This document shows positions 1 through 14,774 of a stretch of 64,000 nucleotides of DNA, piece by piece. The stretch is taken from NCBI RefSeq assembly GCF_018977255.1, contig NW_024704742.1:34908001-34972000 (forward strand). Direction: 5' to 3'. Made by a program: the position numbers and the translations under genes. The stretch's first letter is position 1. Every line of letters starts with the position of its first letter. Under the pieces are notes generated by a model. The model was not told the origin of the DNA. It did no database searches and saw nothing but the letters and a program-made list of their open reading frames with translations. The DNA is from Callorhinchus milii. Lineage: Eukaryota.

Positions 1-3000
1 GCCCATCGTGTCTGTGCTAACTCTTTGAAAGAGCTGTCCAAAGTAATCCCACTCCCCTGCTCTTTCCCTCTGGCCTAGTTCGCACTGTGCTTTCTGTGGT
101 GATTTGATTCCATCTTGAAGAGGTGGTTTCAGCAGAACATTGATTCTTGTCAGAGTAGTTTAAAGTGTAAATAGCCCTTGAATCATTTGAGGGTGGTCTG
201 GTGGGCGGCCCAAGAATATGTAAGGGACTGCTTAGAATGATTTTATTAAGCTTGTTATTTGTTAACAGAAACAACAAAAACGCTTAGTTGCCCCTGTGCC
301 GAGCTCTCCTAAGCCCCTGGTAATTGACATCGGGAAATATAAATTGGGGTCCGGATTCTGGAGGCTCCATTGTAAGAAGCACAGTCACTTATTATTTCCT
401 GTAATAAACAGGAACAGGATAATTTGTACAATTGTTCGCCTACAAAATACACAGTGACTACACTTTACAATGTATCCTGTGAAGCGCTTTGAGACATCCT
501 CCTGAGGTGAAAGGCGCTTTATCAAGTGCATGGAATAATATTGTATTATGAGCAGATCACTGTGAAGAATACAAACCTTTTTTAGAATATATGACTTCTT
601 ACTGTGATGTTAGTGTCAGGTTCAGCTTGTTACACTCGTCCAGGAGTTAGTACTTGCTGGCTGGACAAGCTACCAAATTGTTTTTCCACGTACACAGCAG
701 AACATTTGTAATTGATTGTAAATGATTGTAGTGGGTGTTGTTTATCTTGTTTTTTTCCTTACGTGCCACGTGCCTTCAGTCAGCTCCCTCCCACCCTGTA
801 CCCTCGTCCCCAGTTTAAGTGATGGCTGCCTCTCAGAGTGTCAGCTGATGTTACTTCCAGCATGTGTGTACTGTGCATGAGAGCACTGTAGTTGCTGTAA
901 CTGAGGTGTACTTATCACAGTCATGAGCAGAGCAGTGGTTGATCAGGGCATGCAATTCATATGCTTAATAATCCTTACATTTGGTTTATTGCCTTTCATA
1001 TTCTCTTATAAATAATAATCTCTTTTAAAAAAATTTGGTCAATCAATCCACGACTGTTTGTGGGACACTGCTGTACGCAATTGGCTGCCATGTTTCTCCC
1101 ACAAATATACAGTCGATTCACTCTACAGTATATTCTGTAAAGTCCTTTGAGACTCTCTAAGACGTGATAAGGCACTATATCAAATGCAAGGATTATTATT
1201 GTATTATTATTTCATGTCGGGAGAATATCCCGAAGTGCTTCTCAAAATTTATTATGAAGTGGACGAACCCAGCAGCCAAATTTGCGCACAGTAATATATC
1301 ACAAATAGCCATGAAGTGAATGAACAATTTTTTCATTTGGCCAACATTTTGAGTTGTGGCATGGGATCTTTAACATCCTCATGAACAGAGAAACCAGGCC
1401 TCGGTTTAATATCTTTAACATGTTGCATTGTCGAACCTCTGACAATGCAATACACCCCATAACTGCATTGGAACACCAACTTAGAATGTGAGTTCAGGTC
1501 TAGATGTGGGGCTTCAACCCACAACCTTCGGACTCTGAGGCATGAAGTCTACCATTGAGACTGACTGACACAATAAAGTGTAGAACACTTTTGTTTGAAG
1601 CAAACTAAATGGGGCTCTCGCAATGTGAAGTGACAATTCTAAATCACTGGTGATGGAAGGTGCTTCCATTACAAAGCGTCTCTGAAAGTTTATACTGTTC
1701 GTACAGGTTTAGCTCAATCAATAAAGCTAAAATACTTTGAGTTACATTCCCGGTTCAGCCCTGAACAGCTGCTGATTTGCTGCACTGAAAGTCATGGCAT
1801 AAAAATAAGCCTCCATGCCTGGGTTTAGAAGAACTGAGCAACAAGGAATGGCATTAGCAAATCTATATCTGCCATTAACATGTATTAAATATAGAAACAT
1901 CTGCTCTGCATCACAATTTCGGCATTCTTGTGCATTCAGAATGCAAGTTGATCTTCTGCAATTTTCTTAAGGTTCACCAATTTGTTCATCTGTAAAATAG
2001 AGTTGACACAGTCCTGCTGGATATGCTATTGTAGAAAACACTGCCCTGTTGTTATTTCTTAAAATTTTCTTGTGGTTTGTGATGTACATGTGAATTCTTG
2101 TTAATACTTTAGAGTACGGAAGACGGCATTGAAAGAGTGATTGGCAACTTGACAGATAAATGCTTGAGATTCTGGCATCAGCTACAAAGCTGCCCCTATC
2201 TGTTGTCTGCCTGCATACCTCTGTGTCTGGAATACTGTAGTTTCAAATATCTTCTGCATTAAAAGAAAATAATATTGCAGAGGGGCTCTGGATAACTGTA
2301 CCGCACTGAGCAATGCATTTATCTATTGAGCCAGCCCTTTGATGGCTTTGTTAGTTCAGTAAAATCCTGTTATAATGTGCTTCATTGTAACACAAGTTTA
2401 CCTTTAGCATGATCGGGGTGTGGACCCTGACGTATACTTACCCCTCAAAAATTTCAAATGCACACAGGAAGCTGGCTGGCTCACTTCAAATGTACAGTGT
2501 GCGGGAAGTGATGTCAATAGGAACCTGATATAATACAATTTATATTTATATAGCAGCTTTCACTTTGGGAGGATGTCTCCCTGTGCTTAACACTGCTGCC
2601 TGAGCACTCCAGCTAGGGGTACGAGCTGAAGAGTGAGGAGGGGAAAGATGATTGAATATGTGGTCAAAAAAGTATGTCTTGAGATGGACATTGAATGAGG
2701 TGAGGGCAGGATCGAGACAGATGGACTTCAGGATGGAAGACGCGGGAAGCCAGCTGACGTGCACAGTGAATGTGGGTGCATTGACCAGCGATTGAGATTC
2801 CAAATAGCTCCCAAACAATGGTGTTCTACGTTATTTAGCTTATATTGTTCTTATTGTGTCATATGTTTGGTCTGTGTTTAAAACGTGCCATCTCTAGCTT
2901 AATTTACTGCCCACAAATGTAATTTCGCCCACAAACATACAGTCAATTCACTTTACAGCATATTCTGTGAAGCACTTTGAGACGTCTAGAAGACGTGAAA

Positions 3001-6000
3001 AGCGCTGTATCAATTGCAAGGATTATTATTATTATATACTGGCTGTTTGTCGGGTCATTGCTGCGTGCAATTTAGCTGCCTTGTCTGAGGGCCTGAGTCT
3101 AAATAGAAGCTTAAGTTTGACAACAACATAGGAACCAACAAAATTATCCTAAAGCCTATCCTAAATTATTCTAAACCCTTTGGAGAGCTCTGTCCAGCTT
3201 TGCTGTTCTTCTGTTACTCTTTTTCAATTCTCGTGTATGTGTAGGAAGCTCCCCTGCTCGTTGCTGCAGGGTTGTTCACTGGCTGCAATCGTAATCAATG
3301 CTCACAGACCATCTACTATAGAGCAGTGCACCATTAGCCACCGCACACTAATTTACTGCAGAGACAGTCTCTGTCAACTCTGTTCTGCTCAGGAACAAAA
3401 ATAACCCGCTGGATGAATAAATAAAGAACAAAATTATAGATGGTTATACTGTGATATGAATTAAAAGCAGTATTCCATATCGGGGTTGGTTTGCATTTGT
3501 CAATCTCTGTAGATACAGATGATACCCAAATCTACTTATCTACTTTCCAGATTCTATCGTTGATTCCAAGGCCACTAATGTTCAGTTCGCTTGCCTGTCA
3601 GGCAGTAAGATCTTGCAGCTGGACATGGAGGTAAAGGGATGCTATATAAATGCAAGCTATTGTCTGGTGGTTTATGATGTTTGAGCCTTTTATTGGCACA
3701 TCTTGTCTAACTGTGACTCTCTCCCTGGGATGTGTTATGTTTAACACTGCAGATGCAGTGCTTGCAAGCATTAATTTTCATTGCTGCAAGGCTTCATTTC
3801 TACAGAATATAAAAGCAAGTGAACTGTGAGCACTGTCCCATGAACCTATCACCTTCCAACGTAACACGTAACATGCAGAAAAAGAGCATGATTTAATAGG
3901 GTTGCTTTGTTCTAAACACCGGTATTGGTTTAACCAAATATTCCACTATATTGTTTAAGCACTTCAAAGTAGACGTATCATGTAAATGCAGCTGACTGTC
4001 CTTTTGGTATGAAAGCTCAATGAGTCATATGTGTACGTGAAATGTGTCTAGAAAATAAATGGTGAGTGCAGCAATCCTGGGCTATAGGGCTTGCTCTTGT
4101 CACTAGATGTGATGAATTTTATGTCTCCAGGAAGCTTTCCTCTCACCCGATGTCATTAACCTTGGCGGCAAAGAACTTGCACAGTACACTTTGACTTATC
4201 CAACGTGTTCTGTGATATTTGAGATAAAGGCAGCAGTGTTCATTAAACACCCTTGCGAATGGGAGCAAAGTAAAAGGGCAAAGTACACTAGACATTTTGT
4301 GAAGTTTCAGGAAATAATTGAGTAGCTCTGCAAATGGGACAACATAGACTATAGGAGTTCAAAATCTCGATATGGGGCTTCAACCCATAAGCTTCTGACT
4401 CAGAAGTAAGAATGCTACCAACTGATCCAGGCTGACATTGTGTGAAAACAATTCCATTCCTTAACACTGACATCCCTCATCATGATTACCACAAATATTC
4501 AGCCAAAATGGTATAAATTATAATTTGAATTGAAATACTCAGTCATGAATGCAAAATAAACAGTGAATTTATTACTGTACTGTGTTAGGAACTGGATTTG
4601 GTTTCAGGTTTCCCCTGATTTCCTTCCTTGGCTGTGGGGAATACCTTTTGCTTATCCATCCCATCATCTACAATGATCCTGGAGCCTCTGCACTTCAGCA
4701 GCATGTAGCAATGTGTTTTTCTGAATACCAAACTTCTGTTCGGAAGTACTTACGGTATGAGTGAATGGACTGTTCCGTACAATAGCAGATCAAATAAAAA
4801 AAGGATAACTAACTAGATAGTTCTGTCAGTAATGGAAATTTTACTTATTGAACATTAATGTTAACCAGACAACATCCATATATGGACACATGTTAATAGT
4901 GTCTTGTTGCTGGATCATGAACCATCTTCCATAAAATTCCTAGGAATGTCGGGTACAGTAAGATTGACGGATCTCATAATTACGACTGTGGTTTAAATGG
5001 AACAAGATATGGGAAACCTACAACCAAAATCAGCTTTAAAGACAGTGAATCTTGGCTCTCTCATTTCCATTACCTCTGCCACATAAAGAATACAATTAGG
5101 CAATTTACAAATCCCTGGCACGACCTGAGTGACCTAAATACATGTTCCCACCAGAATTGAAGGTGAATGGTAACTGTCCTATGATCATGTTATCCTTTCA
5201 TCTAATTTGATATTTGCTAACCTATCTCACTAATCCTAGTCACATAAACTGCTGTTAGTTACTTGGTTGACAAGGAACATTTCTGGGTGTATTGGTTTTA
5301 TTCAAGAAAAACATGAAGGGGAATGTCTCAATCTCATTATCAACTGCAGTATTGGCTGTGCTGATGGTCTAGTCTCTAGTAGATAAAGGCATCTCCTCGA
5401 GTTGCACAAAGCTATACAGAGAGAACATGAATATAATAATCTTTAATAATAATGATCTTTGCCTTTGATGTAGCACCTTTCAGGTTGGCAGGATGTCTCA
5501 AAGGGCTTCGCAGGATACATTATCAAGTGTCATGACACATTTCTTAACATTTAGAGAGACTAAATAAATAAATGATGTGTCAATAAAGTGTTGTGCACTC
5601 AAAACGCTTCACAGGATCTTACTGCAAAATGTAGTTATTATTTGGTATGCAAACGTGGAAGTGGTTCACAAACTATATTTTCTAGGTGAATGAATGTTAC
5701 AACAGACAAATAAACGTGTTGTGCCTTAATCAGCGGCTTGAATCTGGAACAGAGGCTGCGTCAGATTCATATTCTGCTTGTGATCATTAAAGTACCCAAT
5801 ATGATATCCACAGTGCTCTAGTGCTGCAGTCTTGCTTTGCATTTCATTTCATTCATTACTTTTCATAAGTTGTTTGTTAATGACACAGAACAGAATACGA
5901 AGCAGATGCACCTTCACCTTCAGACTGATGTTTCATGTCCCAGTTTGAAGCATAACTTGCGATTGTTGCTGGCTTTTGTTGCCCTTTGGGACTGTTGCGT

Positions 6001-6339
6001 TCTCTTGGAATGCTTTAGATCCCTCAGCTCAGTAATATGCATATTGTTTGGCTTTTTTGCCCCTGACCAAACTGAATGTACACCACAGGTTACATTAGGT
6101 TTCCCCTCAAACAGTCAGACCTCCAAACTAAATGAAAAGTGATCACTCTGCACACATTTATTAACATTTAGAGAGACCGAATAAATAAATAAATAAATAT
6201 ATGATAGGTCAATAAAGTATTGTGCAGATATTCTGAATTAATGGATTATTAATCTCCCCCCTCACCCACCACGCGCACACACACACAAACATACATAGAA
6301 TTTGCTATAACCCTTATATCTAACATAGTGTATGGGAAA

Positions 6340-6721
6340 TCCTACATCTCTGACCTGCTGATACCCTATCAACCTCTCCACTCAACAAGCTCCTGCCTGC
6401 TCTATGCTTCCTGCCTGCTCCATGTCTCCTGCCTGACCCACCCTGCAATCAACAGCCAGGCTTTCAGCCTCTCTGCCCAAATCCTTTGGAACTTCATCCC
6501 ACAATTCCATCTCCTTGCTCCCTCCCTTGCCTCCTTCAAGGCAAAACTCAAGACCCTCCTTTTTGACTGTGCCTTCAACAGTCGTCCTATCTCTCTGCCC
6601 TCCCTCACCCCAACCCTGCCCCCCCCACGCTCGGGTCTTGATCCCTGATTGTTCAGCGCCTTGGAATGTCCTCCCGACGTGAAAGGCTTTATAAATGCAG
6701 TTTTGTTGTTGTTGTTGTTGT
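6340..6721 (+). mobile_element. L2 3' fragment
   Basis: LWNFIP..SLASFKAKLKTLLF motif; tail gcgccttggaatgtcctcccgacgtgaaaggc..(GTT)n. Confidence 0.85.
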
Positions 6722-6851
6722 CACATCAGGAAGACATCTCAAAACATGTCACAGGATGTTACTGCAAAATGTGGTGACTGTATTCGTTATGCAATCATGG
6801 CAGCCAATTTCCTCACAGCAACGTCAACAAACAGAACATCATAGATATAAA

Positions 6852-7260
6852 TAACAACAACTTGGATTTATATAGTGCCCTCCACGCTGGATGGCATCTC
6901 AGAGCGCTTCACAGTAACGGATCCCGGGGCCGAGCCAGGGGGAGGGGGAGGAAGGTGATCAAAGGTGCAGTGGAAAAGAAAGATCTTCAGCCTAGACCTG
7001 AAAATAGGAAGAGAGGGGGCGAGATGAAGGGAGTGAGGAAGGGAGTTCCAGAGTCTCGGGGCATAGTGGCTGAAGGCACTGCCACCGAGGGTGGAGTGGA
7101 AGATTCAGGGGGCAAGGAGGAGGCCAGACCCGGTGGAACGAAGGCAATGGGCACTCTTCTGAGGAGAGAGGAGGTCAGAGAGGTAGGGGGGTGCAGAAGA
7201 GTGGAGGGATTTGAAAATAGTGATGAAGACTGGTATGACAGAAAGGTAGGAACCCTCTGA
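6852..7260 (-). mobile_element. L2 3' fragment
   Basis: IFKSLHSSAPPYLSDLL motif and (GTT)n tail on the - strand. Confidence 0.8.
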
Positions 7261-8369
7261 TTCACTATACTTTTTTAAAGTGAACAATATTACTAGAAGT
7301 ACTATCTTCAAAGTTGTGTTGATTTAAATTTTGTTCTTCAAATGCGGTGACGAGCTAATAACAGCAGTATATTTGCCAATATTGCATAACTTGACTTTCA
7401 TGTGCTGTGGTCTGTTTCAGATCTCTACTCCCATATGCAGCACAATGTGTGATTGTTGCTGGGTTTTCTGCATATACACATCAGTTACATTGGATCCCTG
7501 TTCTGTATAAATGCATAGCACACGTGACTATGGGAAATCGCGTTACATAATGCAGTGTCTATGGAAAATGCTGAGCAAGTTATTCTCCAGTGCTTTACAA
7601 AAAGATAGGAGGGAAAGAACTCCACCTTTAGATGTCAACAAAGTAGAATTTTAAAAGCTATATGAAAGCAAGTATTGTATAGTTAATTCATTGACAGGTC
7701 ACTTCCATGTCATTCACTGCATTGATTTTAAGTAGCCATATAAACTTCAAAGATTATGCTCGTTTTCACTGCAGTTTAAAAGCCATGTGAATGAGAAGGA
7801 ATGTAGCTTGAGGGTGCCTTCAAAGTATCAGTGTGTCTGACGTTACACTGGTCTGGAGGCATCAAGCTTATCATCTAGATTCAGGCTGGTGTGCTTTTCT
7901 GTGATTGTGCTGGAACCTATTGAGTGCCAAGTGCAAGCTGCTGCTTGTTGTGAATTCTGTGTGCTGTGTTTTTATACTGTGTGTGAAGAGTCTCGAGCAA
8001 TTGTGTAAGATCACTACCGGTGCCGTGTTCAATTGCCAAAATTACTGTCTCAGATGAATGAAATTGCAACTCAGCTGTGAGGTTCAGTTGGTAAAACTAT
8101 TATCTTACGTCAAACTGAGCCTTGACACTGGCAAGATCACATGCAGCGATGCCGTTCTATCCCGTTGTCTGATCTCAGCCAGGGGATTTGTAACAATACT
8201 AATAAGTGTCCCTAAGCAAGGGAGGACACAATCATCTCTTCTGTGGATCATTATCCAGTGACCTCTGCTTTGTTGTGTCGACATGGGATAAGAGCAGCAT
8301 CAGATTTAATTCTGATGCCACTTAATATTCAAGAGGTTGACGATAATCATTGGAGTCCATTACCTGATA

Positions 8370-10447
8370 ATCACGAAAAGATTAAAAGAATATAGGAAGT
8401 ACAGAGTTTCAGTGAAAAGGGAAATAAGAAGGGAGAAGAGATTGTACGAGAAAAGATTAGGAGGAAACATAAAAGGGAACCCTAAGGTATTTTATAAGTG
8501 TATCAAGAGTGAAAGGTTAGTCAAAGGTAGGGTGGGACCAATTAAGAACCCAAGTGGAAATCTTCTTGTTGAGGCAGAGGGCATGGCTAATGTACTAAAT
8601 AAGTACTTTGCAACCGTCTTCACAAAAGAAGATGATGCAACCAATGCCACAATATCGCAGGCGTGTGAACAGAAATTGGATATGATAAAAATCAACAGAG
8701 AGGAGGTACTAAAAAGGCTGTCGGTGCTCAACATAGATAAGTCACCTGGTCCGGACAGGATGCATCCTAGGTTACTGAGGGAAGCAAGAGTGGAAATAGC
8801 AGAGGCTCTGGCCACAATCTTTCAATCCTTTTTGGACACTGGAGTGGTACCAGAGGACTGGAAGGTTGCAAATGTTACTCCCCTGTACAAAAATGGGCAG
8901 AAGGATAAACCTGAGAACTACAGGCCAATCAGCCTAACATCAGTAGTAGGGAGACTTCTGGAAACTGTAATCCGGGACAATATAAATTCTCACTTAGTCT
9001 ACATGGATTTGTTAAAGGCAGATTGTGTCTGACAAACCTAATAGAATTTATTGATGAAGTGACTGAGAGGGTGGATGAAGGTAGTGCAGTAGACGTAGTT
9101 TATCTAGATTTTCAAAAGGCATTTGACAAAGTGCCACATAAGAGACTTATAAACAAATTAGAAGCCCACGGTATTAAATGGATCCAGAACTGGCTGGGAG
9201 ACAGCAAGCAGAGAGTGGTAGTAAACGGTTACTTTTCTGACTCTCCAGTCAGAAAAGGTGTGTAGTGGTATCCCTCAGAGGTCGGTATTGGGACCACTGC
9301 TCTTTCTGATCTATATTAATGATCTGGACCTGGATATAGGGAGCACAATTTCCAAATTTGCAGATGATACTAAGCTAGAAAAAATAGTTAATGGTGATTA
9401 GGCTAGCACCAGACTCCAAGAGGACGTAGACAGATTGGTAAAATGGACAATCGTGGCAGATGAGATTTAATGTGGAGAAATGCAAGGTGTTGCATTTTGG
9501 TAGGAAGAATGAGGAGAGGTACAATCTTAAAGGGGGCAAATGAACAGAGAGACCTGGGGTTTCACATAAGCAAATCTCTGAAGGTGGCAAGACACGTAGC
9601 TGTTAAAAAAGCATACAGGATACTAGGTTTTATAAATAGGGTCATAGAATTCAAAAGTCAGGAGGTTATGTTGAATATTTATAAAATGCTGGTTAGGCCT
9701 CAGTTGGAGTACTGCGTTCAGTTCTAGGCACCGCACTTTAGGAAAGATGTTAGGGCATTGGAGAGGGTGCAAAGGAGGTTTACCAGGATGGTAATAATAA
9801 TAATCTTTGCATTTGATATAGCGCTTTTCACGTCTTCTAGATGTCTCTAAGCGCTTCACAGAATATGCTGTAAAGTGAATTGACCGTATATTTGTGGGCG
9901 AAACGCGGCAGCCAATTGCGCACAGCAGTGTCTCACAAACAGTCGTGGATTGAAAATGACCAATTTTTTTTTGTTTGTTTTTTGGAGGGATTATTATTAG
10001 GTACCAGGAATGAAGGACCTTACTTATGAGGAGAGGTTAGCAAAACTAAGATTATTCTCTCTAGAGCAGAGAAGATTAAGAAGGGATTTAATAGAGGTTT
10101 TCAAGATCATGAGAGGATTTGATAGGTTGAACCAGGAAAAACTGTTTCCACTGGCATGTGGGTCAGTAACCCGAGGACGCTGACTTAAGATAGTTGTTAA
10201 AAGTAAAAGAGGGGAGGTTAGAATCTGTTTTTCACCCAGTGAGTTGTTCGGATCTGGAATGCATTACCTGAAAGGACAGTGGAAGCCGAATCAATAACAA
10301 ATTTTAAGAGAGAAGTAGATGGGTATTTGGGGAGGACAGGATTGCAGGGCTATGGAGAGAAAGCGGTCCAGTTGGATTGCTCTTTTAGGAACCTGCGCAG
10401 ACGCGATGGGCCAAATGGCCTCTTCTGTGCTGTATGATTCTATGATT
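8370..10447 (+). mobile_element. 5'-truncated, degenerate CR1 LINE (ORF2 reverse transcriptase + 3' UTR)
   Basis: ORFs 8337-9727 give [76 protein letters not shown]; broken by frameshifts and stops; ends in tgattctatgatt. Confidence 0.95.
9794..9999 (-). mobile_element. 5'-truncated SINE inserted into the CR1
   Basis: SINE body with (TTA)n tail; GGTA duplicated at 9790-9793 and 10000-10003. Confidence 0.9.
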
Positions 10448-13400
10448 ACATGCTTATAATAATAACAGTAATTCTTACATTTGATTTAGGGCCCTTCATG
10501 ACTCAAAATGCTTCACAGGACCCTAGTGTGAAGTGACTGTACATTTTGCTGCTGAGGACACCCTGAGAAACTCCCTTTTCTTTTCAAATAGTGCCACGTC
10601 TTCACAACAAGACGCAAATAGATATTCACTTGAGCAGATGGTTAATGTCTCATCTGAAGAACACCAATGTCAACCTAGACTGTTACTTCAAAATCCCAAC
10701 ATGGGGCTTAAACCAACAACCTTCTGATTTAGAGTCAAGAGAGCTACCAACTGAGCTGGGCTGGCACTTGAATGACACCTTATAATGTCCAAAATGTCTG
10801 GAGGCATACTCAAGCCTGATTTGAATCTTAAAAACAAATCCTCCTCTCATGAAAGTCCTTAGACTGTCTGTTCTTAGATTGGATTGTCTGTGAAACACCA
10901 GTTATGCTGGGCTGGGCAGGTCTGTAATCATTCCAAGCATCATTGGTGGTCAACCATCCGTTTTGGCTTATTGAGGATTAGGGATGTAGACATTTCCTCA
11001 ATACTAGTGAAAGTTTTAATTTAGCAGGATAAGTCTAATGCCAGAAAACCTATCAGTGATATTTACTGGTGACACACTGGTTGGGCCTTTCTCAGGAAGT
11101 AATGAAACTATGTTTAAATTGGATATTGTATAGCAGAAGGTGATTTCACTCGGCAGAAAGTGATTCCTTTTGTTACATTTACGCCCTTTTCTTTCCATTT
11201 CAATTCCTGTGAAATCCATTAACGTTTGGTACCATCTTGGTTGCCAAGGTTTCTAAATCCTCTCTTAAGAATTTCGATAAAGTAATATTATCAAGAATTC
11301 CTATTCTCGTGTTAAGCTTCCTTTGTATGACCTTTGGTTAGAGTAATAAAAGAATCCACAATTACAACACTTAACTATTCCAAGATGAGGTGGGAATCCA
11401 GGTGCCGTAGTTAACTGAAAACTGGGATAAGAAATAGATTAGATGGTTTCAGAATGTTAAAAAGGAGGAAGAATAACAAATGCATTAAAACAAATTCCTT
11501 CTCTGCCAGAGTTTAAAATCTTTAAAATCCTTACATGTTCCCTCATCAGTGCAAGGTTGAGAATACATTGTGCCAGAGTAATAGATTCTCTAAAATGCAT
11601 GCGAGGAATGTTTGTATTTGCTGGGCATTTTGGGCTGCTCACCTTCAGGGCTGTAATGAATAATTTAAAACCCAGTTACCGCGACAGGATTTAATTTAAC
11701 AACTTTATGTCCAAGTGCTTTCTGTCATGTCAAAAATGTTTAAAAGATGAAGAAGTTTGGGAATACATCCAATTAAAAGTGATTGTCAGATAGTCAGGTT
11801 AGGATATCAGCAGAGTTACTCTGTTGATTTCAAACTGCGTGATTTGCTATTGAACTGTAATGTGCTGGCCTAAAACAATCTCATTACATTTAGCAATTGG
11901 GAGACATATTGGCTTTCAAATTCAGGGTTGTGTTTGGTACACTGGAGGTTTAATTCAATTTAACTCTTGCCTTCGAGTCAGAAGGTTGTGGATTCATGCC
12001 CCAAATTGGGACTTTGATGGTTTAGGCTGACATTCCATGCTGTGCTGGGACTGTACTAAATTGTTGGAGGTGTCTTCCTTTGATCCCATCTGCCTGTTTG
12101 GATTGACCTTAAAGATCTCATAGCAATATTTGGAAAGTGAAGGGAATTTCTTCTTGTGTCCTAGTCAATAATCCTCCAAATAAAATTGAATACACAATTC
12201 ATAGCTGTTTATGGGACATTACTGTGTGCAATTTGGCTTGCGGGTTTGCTTACAGATACACAATCAATACAGTAACGTGCTGAGGATCTTTAAGATAACT
12301 TGACGATATGATAAGAAGCTTTGTCAAATGCAAGGATTATTAGAAATATGGCAAAACAAGGGACAGAGCTCAATAAAGGCAGCAAAGAATAGTGGTTTGT
12401 CCAATTTGCACTGAAGAAATGCGATGCAACCAGGTTGCTGTCCATTAAGATTCCAAGAGCCTCTCCTCAGATCGTCTGAGTAAACCTAAGGCTCGTTGAA
12501 CCATGTTCAGGATTTTGGGATCTGGTTCCAAGTCTGTTCTGAGACAAACGTTGGCTTCATTGAACCAAGAATGACAATTAAACTTAGTTAGAGTCTCACT
12601 CTTGATCACTGTGCAGTGATCCCTGCTAGAAAGTAAATGTGCATGGACAAAAGCTCAGTCAAGTTGCTTAAGGTGTCTTTGAAGGCTGGAGGAGTCCGGG
12701 ATGGATTTCCAGTGAGCATGGGCAGAATGGCTGAAAGCTGGTCTCTAAAGTCTATGAGGAAGTGTCTCAAAGCAGAGTTTTCTGTGTATTTGTATCAAGC
12801 ATAGAAGTAAAATGGAAATAGAAAATATGGTTTGGAAATTCCAAATGCTTCAATGAAATTATTGTTTTGCTGGGTTATGAGGTGTTCTCCCAACATGAAA
12901 GGCACAATATGAATGTAAATTGTTGGTGATACCATCATAAGAAATTACTTTAGAAATTCTTTGTAATAAATCATACGAAATACGTTTGGAATTACTTGTC
13001 CCTACTTGGTAAATTATTTGTTCGATATCTTGCAGGATGTAATTTTCCAAGAGGATTAATACAAAGCTCTAATAATTCATGCAAAGTACTCTCCAAAGGA
13101 ACTGTTTGCGTCTGACCAAACAGACTATTGCATTAAACCTTCAATTTTGCTGCTGCTTTACTGAAGTACTTGTGATACTAGTTATGTCAACCATGTGTTA
13201 CGATTATGGGGGAGGGAGTTGAATTGTGTGTTTATGAATGTGAAGATTTTGGTATTAACGAACCAAAGCTTGTTTCACTTTCGCAACTGGTGGTGCTACG
13301 ATGGCTATTGTCATGCTTCACATGACTTAGATGCAGATTAAAGGTCTAACTTAATGCTATGTCTTAACCCTCATCAAAAGAGTGGCCCCTGCCAAATTCA

Positions 13401-13479
13401 CTGTGTTGATATTACCATCTTCGATGGCAGCTGTAACTGTGAGTTCTCTTTGTAAGGTTGATTGACACTGACCAGACTC

Positions 13480-13920
13480 AACAACAGCAATTTGCATTTA
13501 TATAGCGCCCTTCATTGCAGGGTTGTGTCTCAGAGCATTGCTCATTGCTGGGGTTAGACGCCGAGCAAGGGGAGGAGGGAACGGTGACCAGAGGCACAAT
13601 CAAAAATATAGGTCTTCAGGTTGGAATTAAAGATAGATAGAGGGATGAGGCAGAGAGATTGAGGCAGGGAATTCTAGAGATTACCGATGGTGCCAATGAG
13701 ATGTCAAGGGATGTGCAGTAGGTCTGTGTTAGCTGAGTGAAGGGAGTAGTCAGGGGAGTGGGGTACAAGCAAATCAGGAAGGTAGGGAGTTGCTAAGGTG
13801 TGAAGAGGTTTGCATGTGAGGGTGAGGATCTTGTAGTCGATCCATTCTGAGCCAGTGGAGCCTGGTGAGAATTGGGGAGCTGATGGGCGTGTGGAGTTTG
13901 GTGCATGTGAGGATACAAGT
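13480..13920 (-). mobile_element. Degraded L2 3' fragment
   Basis: Tail and body similar to the 55435-56612 element. Confidence 0.65.
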
Positions 13921-14774
13921 TGATTTCAGAGATTCATTTCACATGGCAGCTATCATATCCTTACGATTGTCAGAGAGACAAGAACTTCACTGTTTTAAGG
14001 CACAACCCTAAGATGAGAACCAAGATGATTAGAACTAAAGTCAGAAAATATTTCTTCACACAAGGGTCTATGAAGATGTGGAATGTAATGCTCCCAGAAT
14101 GCTGCTGAGGCAGAGTCAACAGAGATGTTTAAAAGAGATACTTGGGTAGTAGAGGGATTAAGGAGTATGGCAAAAGGCTGGGACACTCTGATTAAAAGAT
14201 CTGCCAAGAACTCATAAACTGGTGAAACAGGCTCAATGGGTTGAATGGCCTCCTCTTGCACCTGTTTTCCATCGTTCCTATACCATCTTGTCTGGGTTTA
14301 AACCTACATCATGGAGGAGAAAGTCCTATGTTCTAACTCACCATGTTATCCAGTCCTCCCAACATACAACATTGTGGTCACTCAGTCTCCGACTGTTTGT
14401 GGGACAATGCTGTGTGCCATTGACTGTCACATTTCGCCCACAAAATTTTCTGGTCTGTGTTTTGTCAATGATCTGATCCAGGACAATGACTCTGGAAACA
14501 TCTGACAGTCTTCCGATTCATCATCACTGTCCAGTGACCCCAGTTGAAAAACATGTGTGATTATCAGGGGAGTACAAGATGCTTTCCTCACTGGCAGGCT
14601 CACTTGAGTGCTACTTAAGTGATGGAGCCACAGACCTTTTAACCAAATTATACAGTGGTAATCTGTTTTATATATATGATGTGACTAGATTTCTACTACA
14701 TGAGAAAAACACTCCTGAAATATTTGTAAAATAATAAAAAAAAGAATTTGACTCTTCCACTCATGATAATGGTA

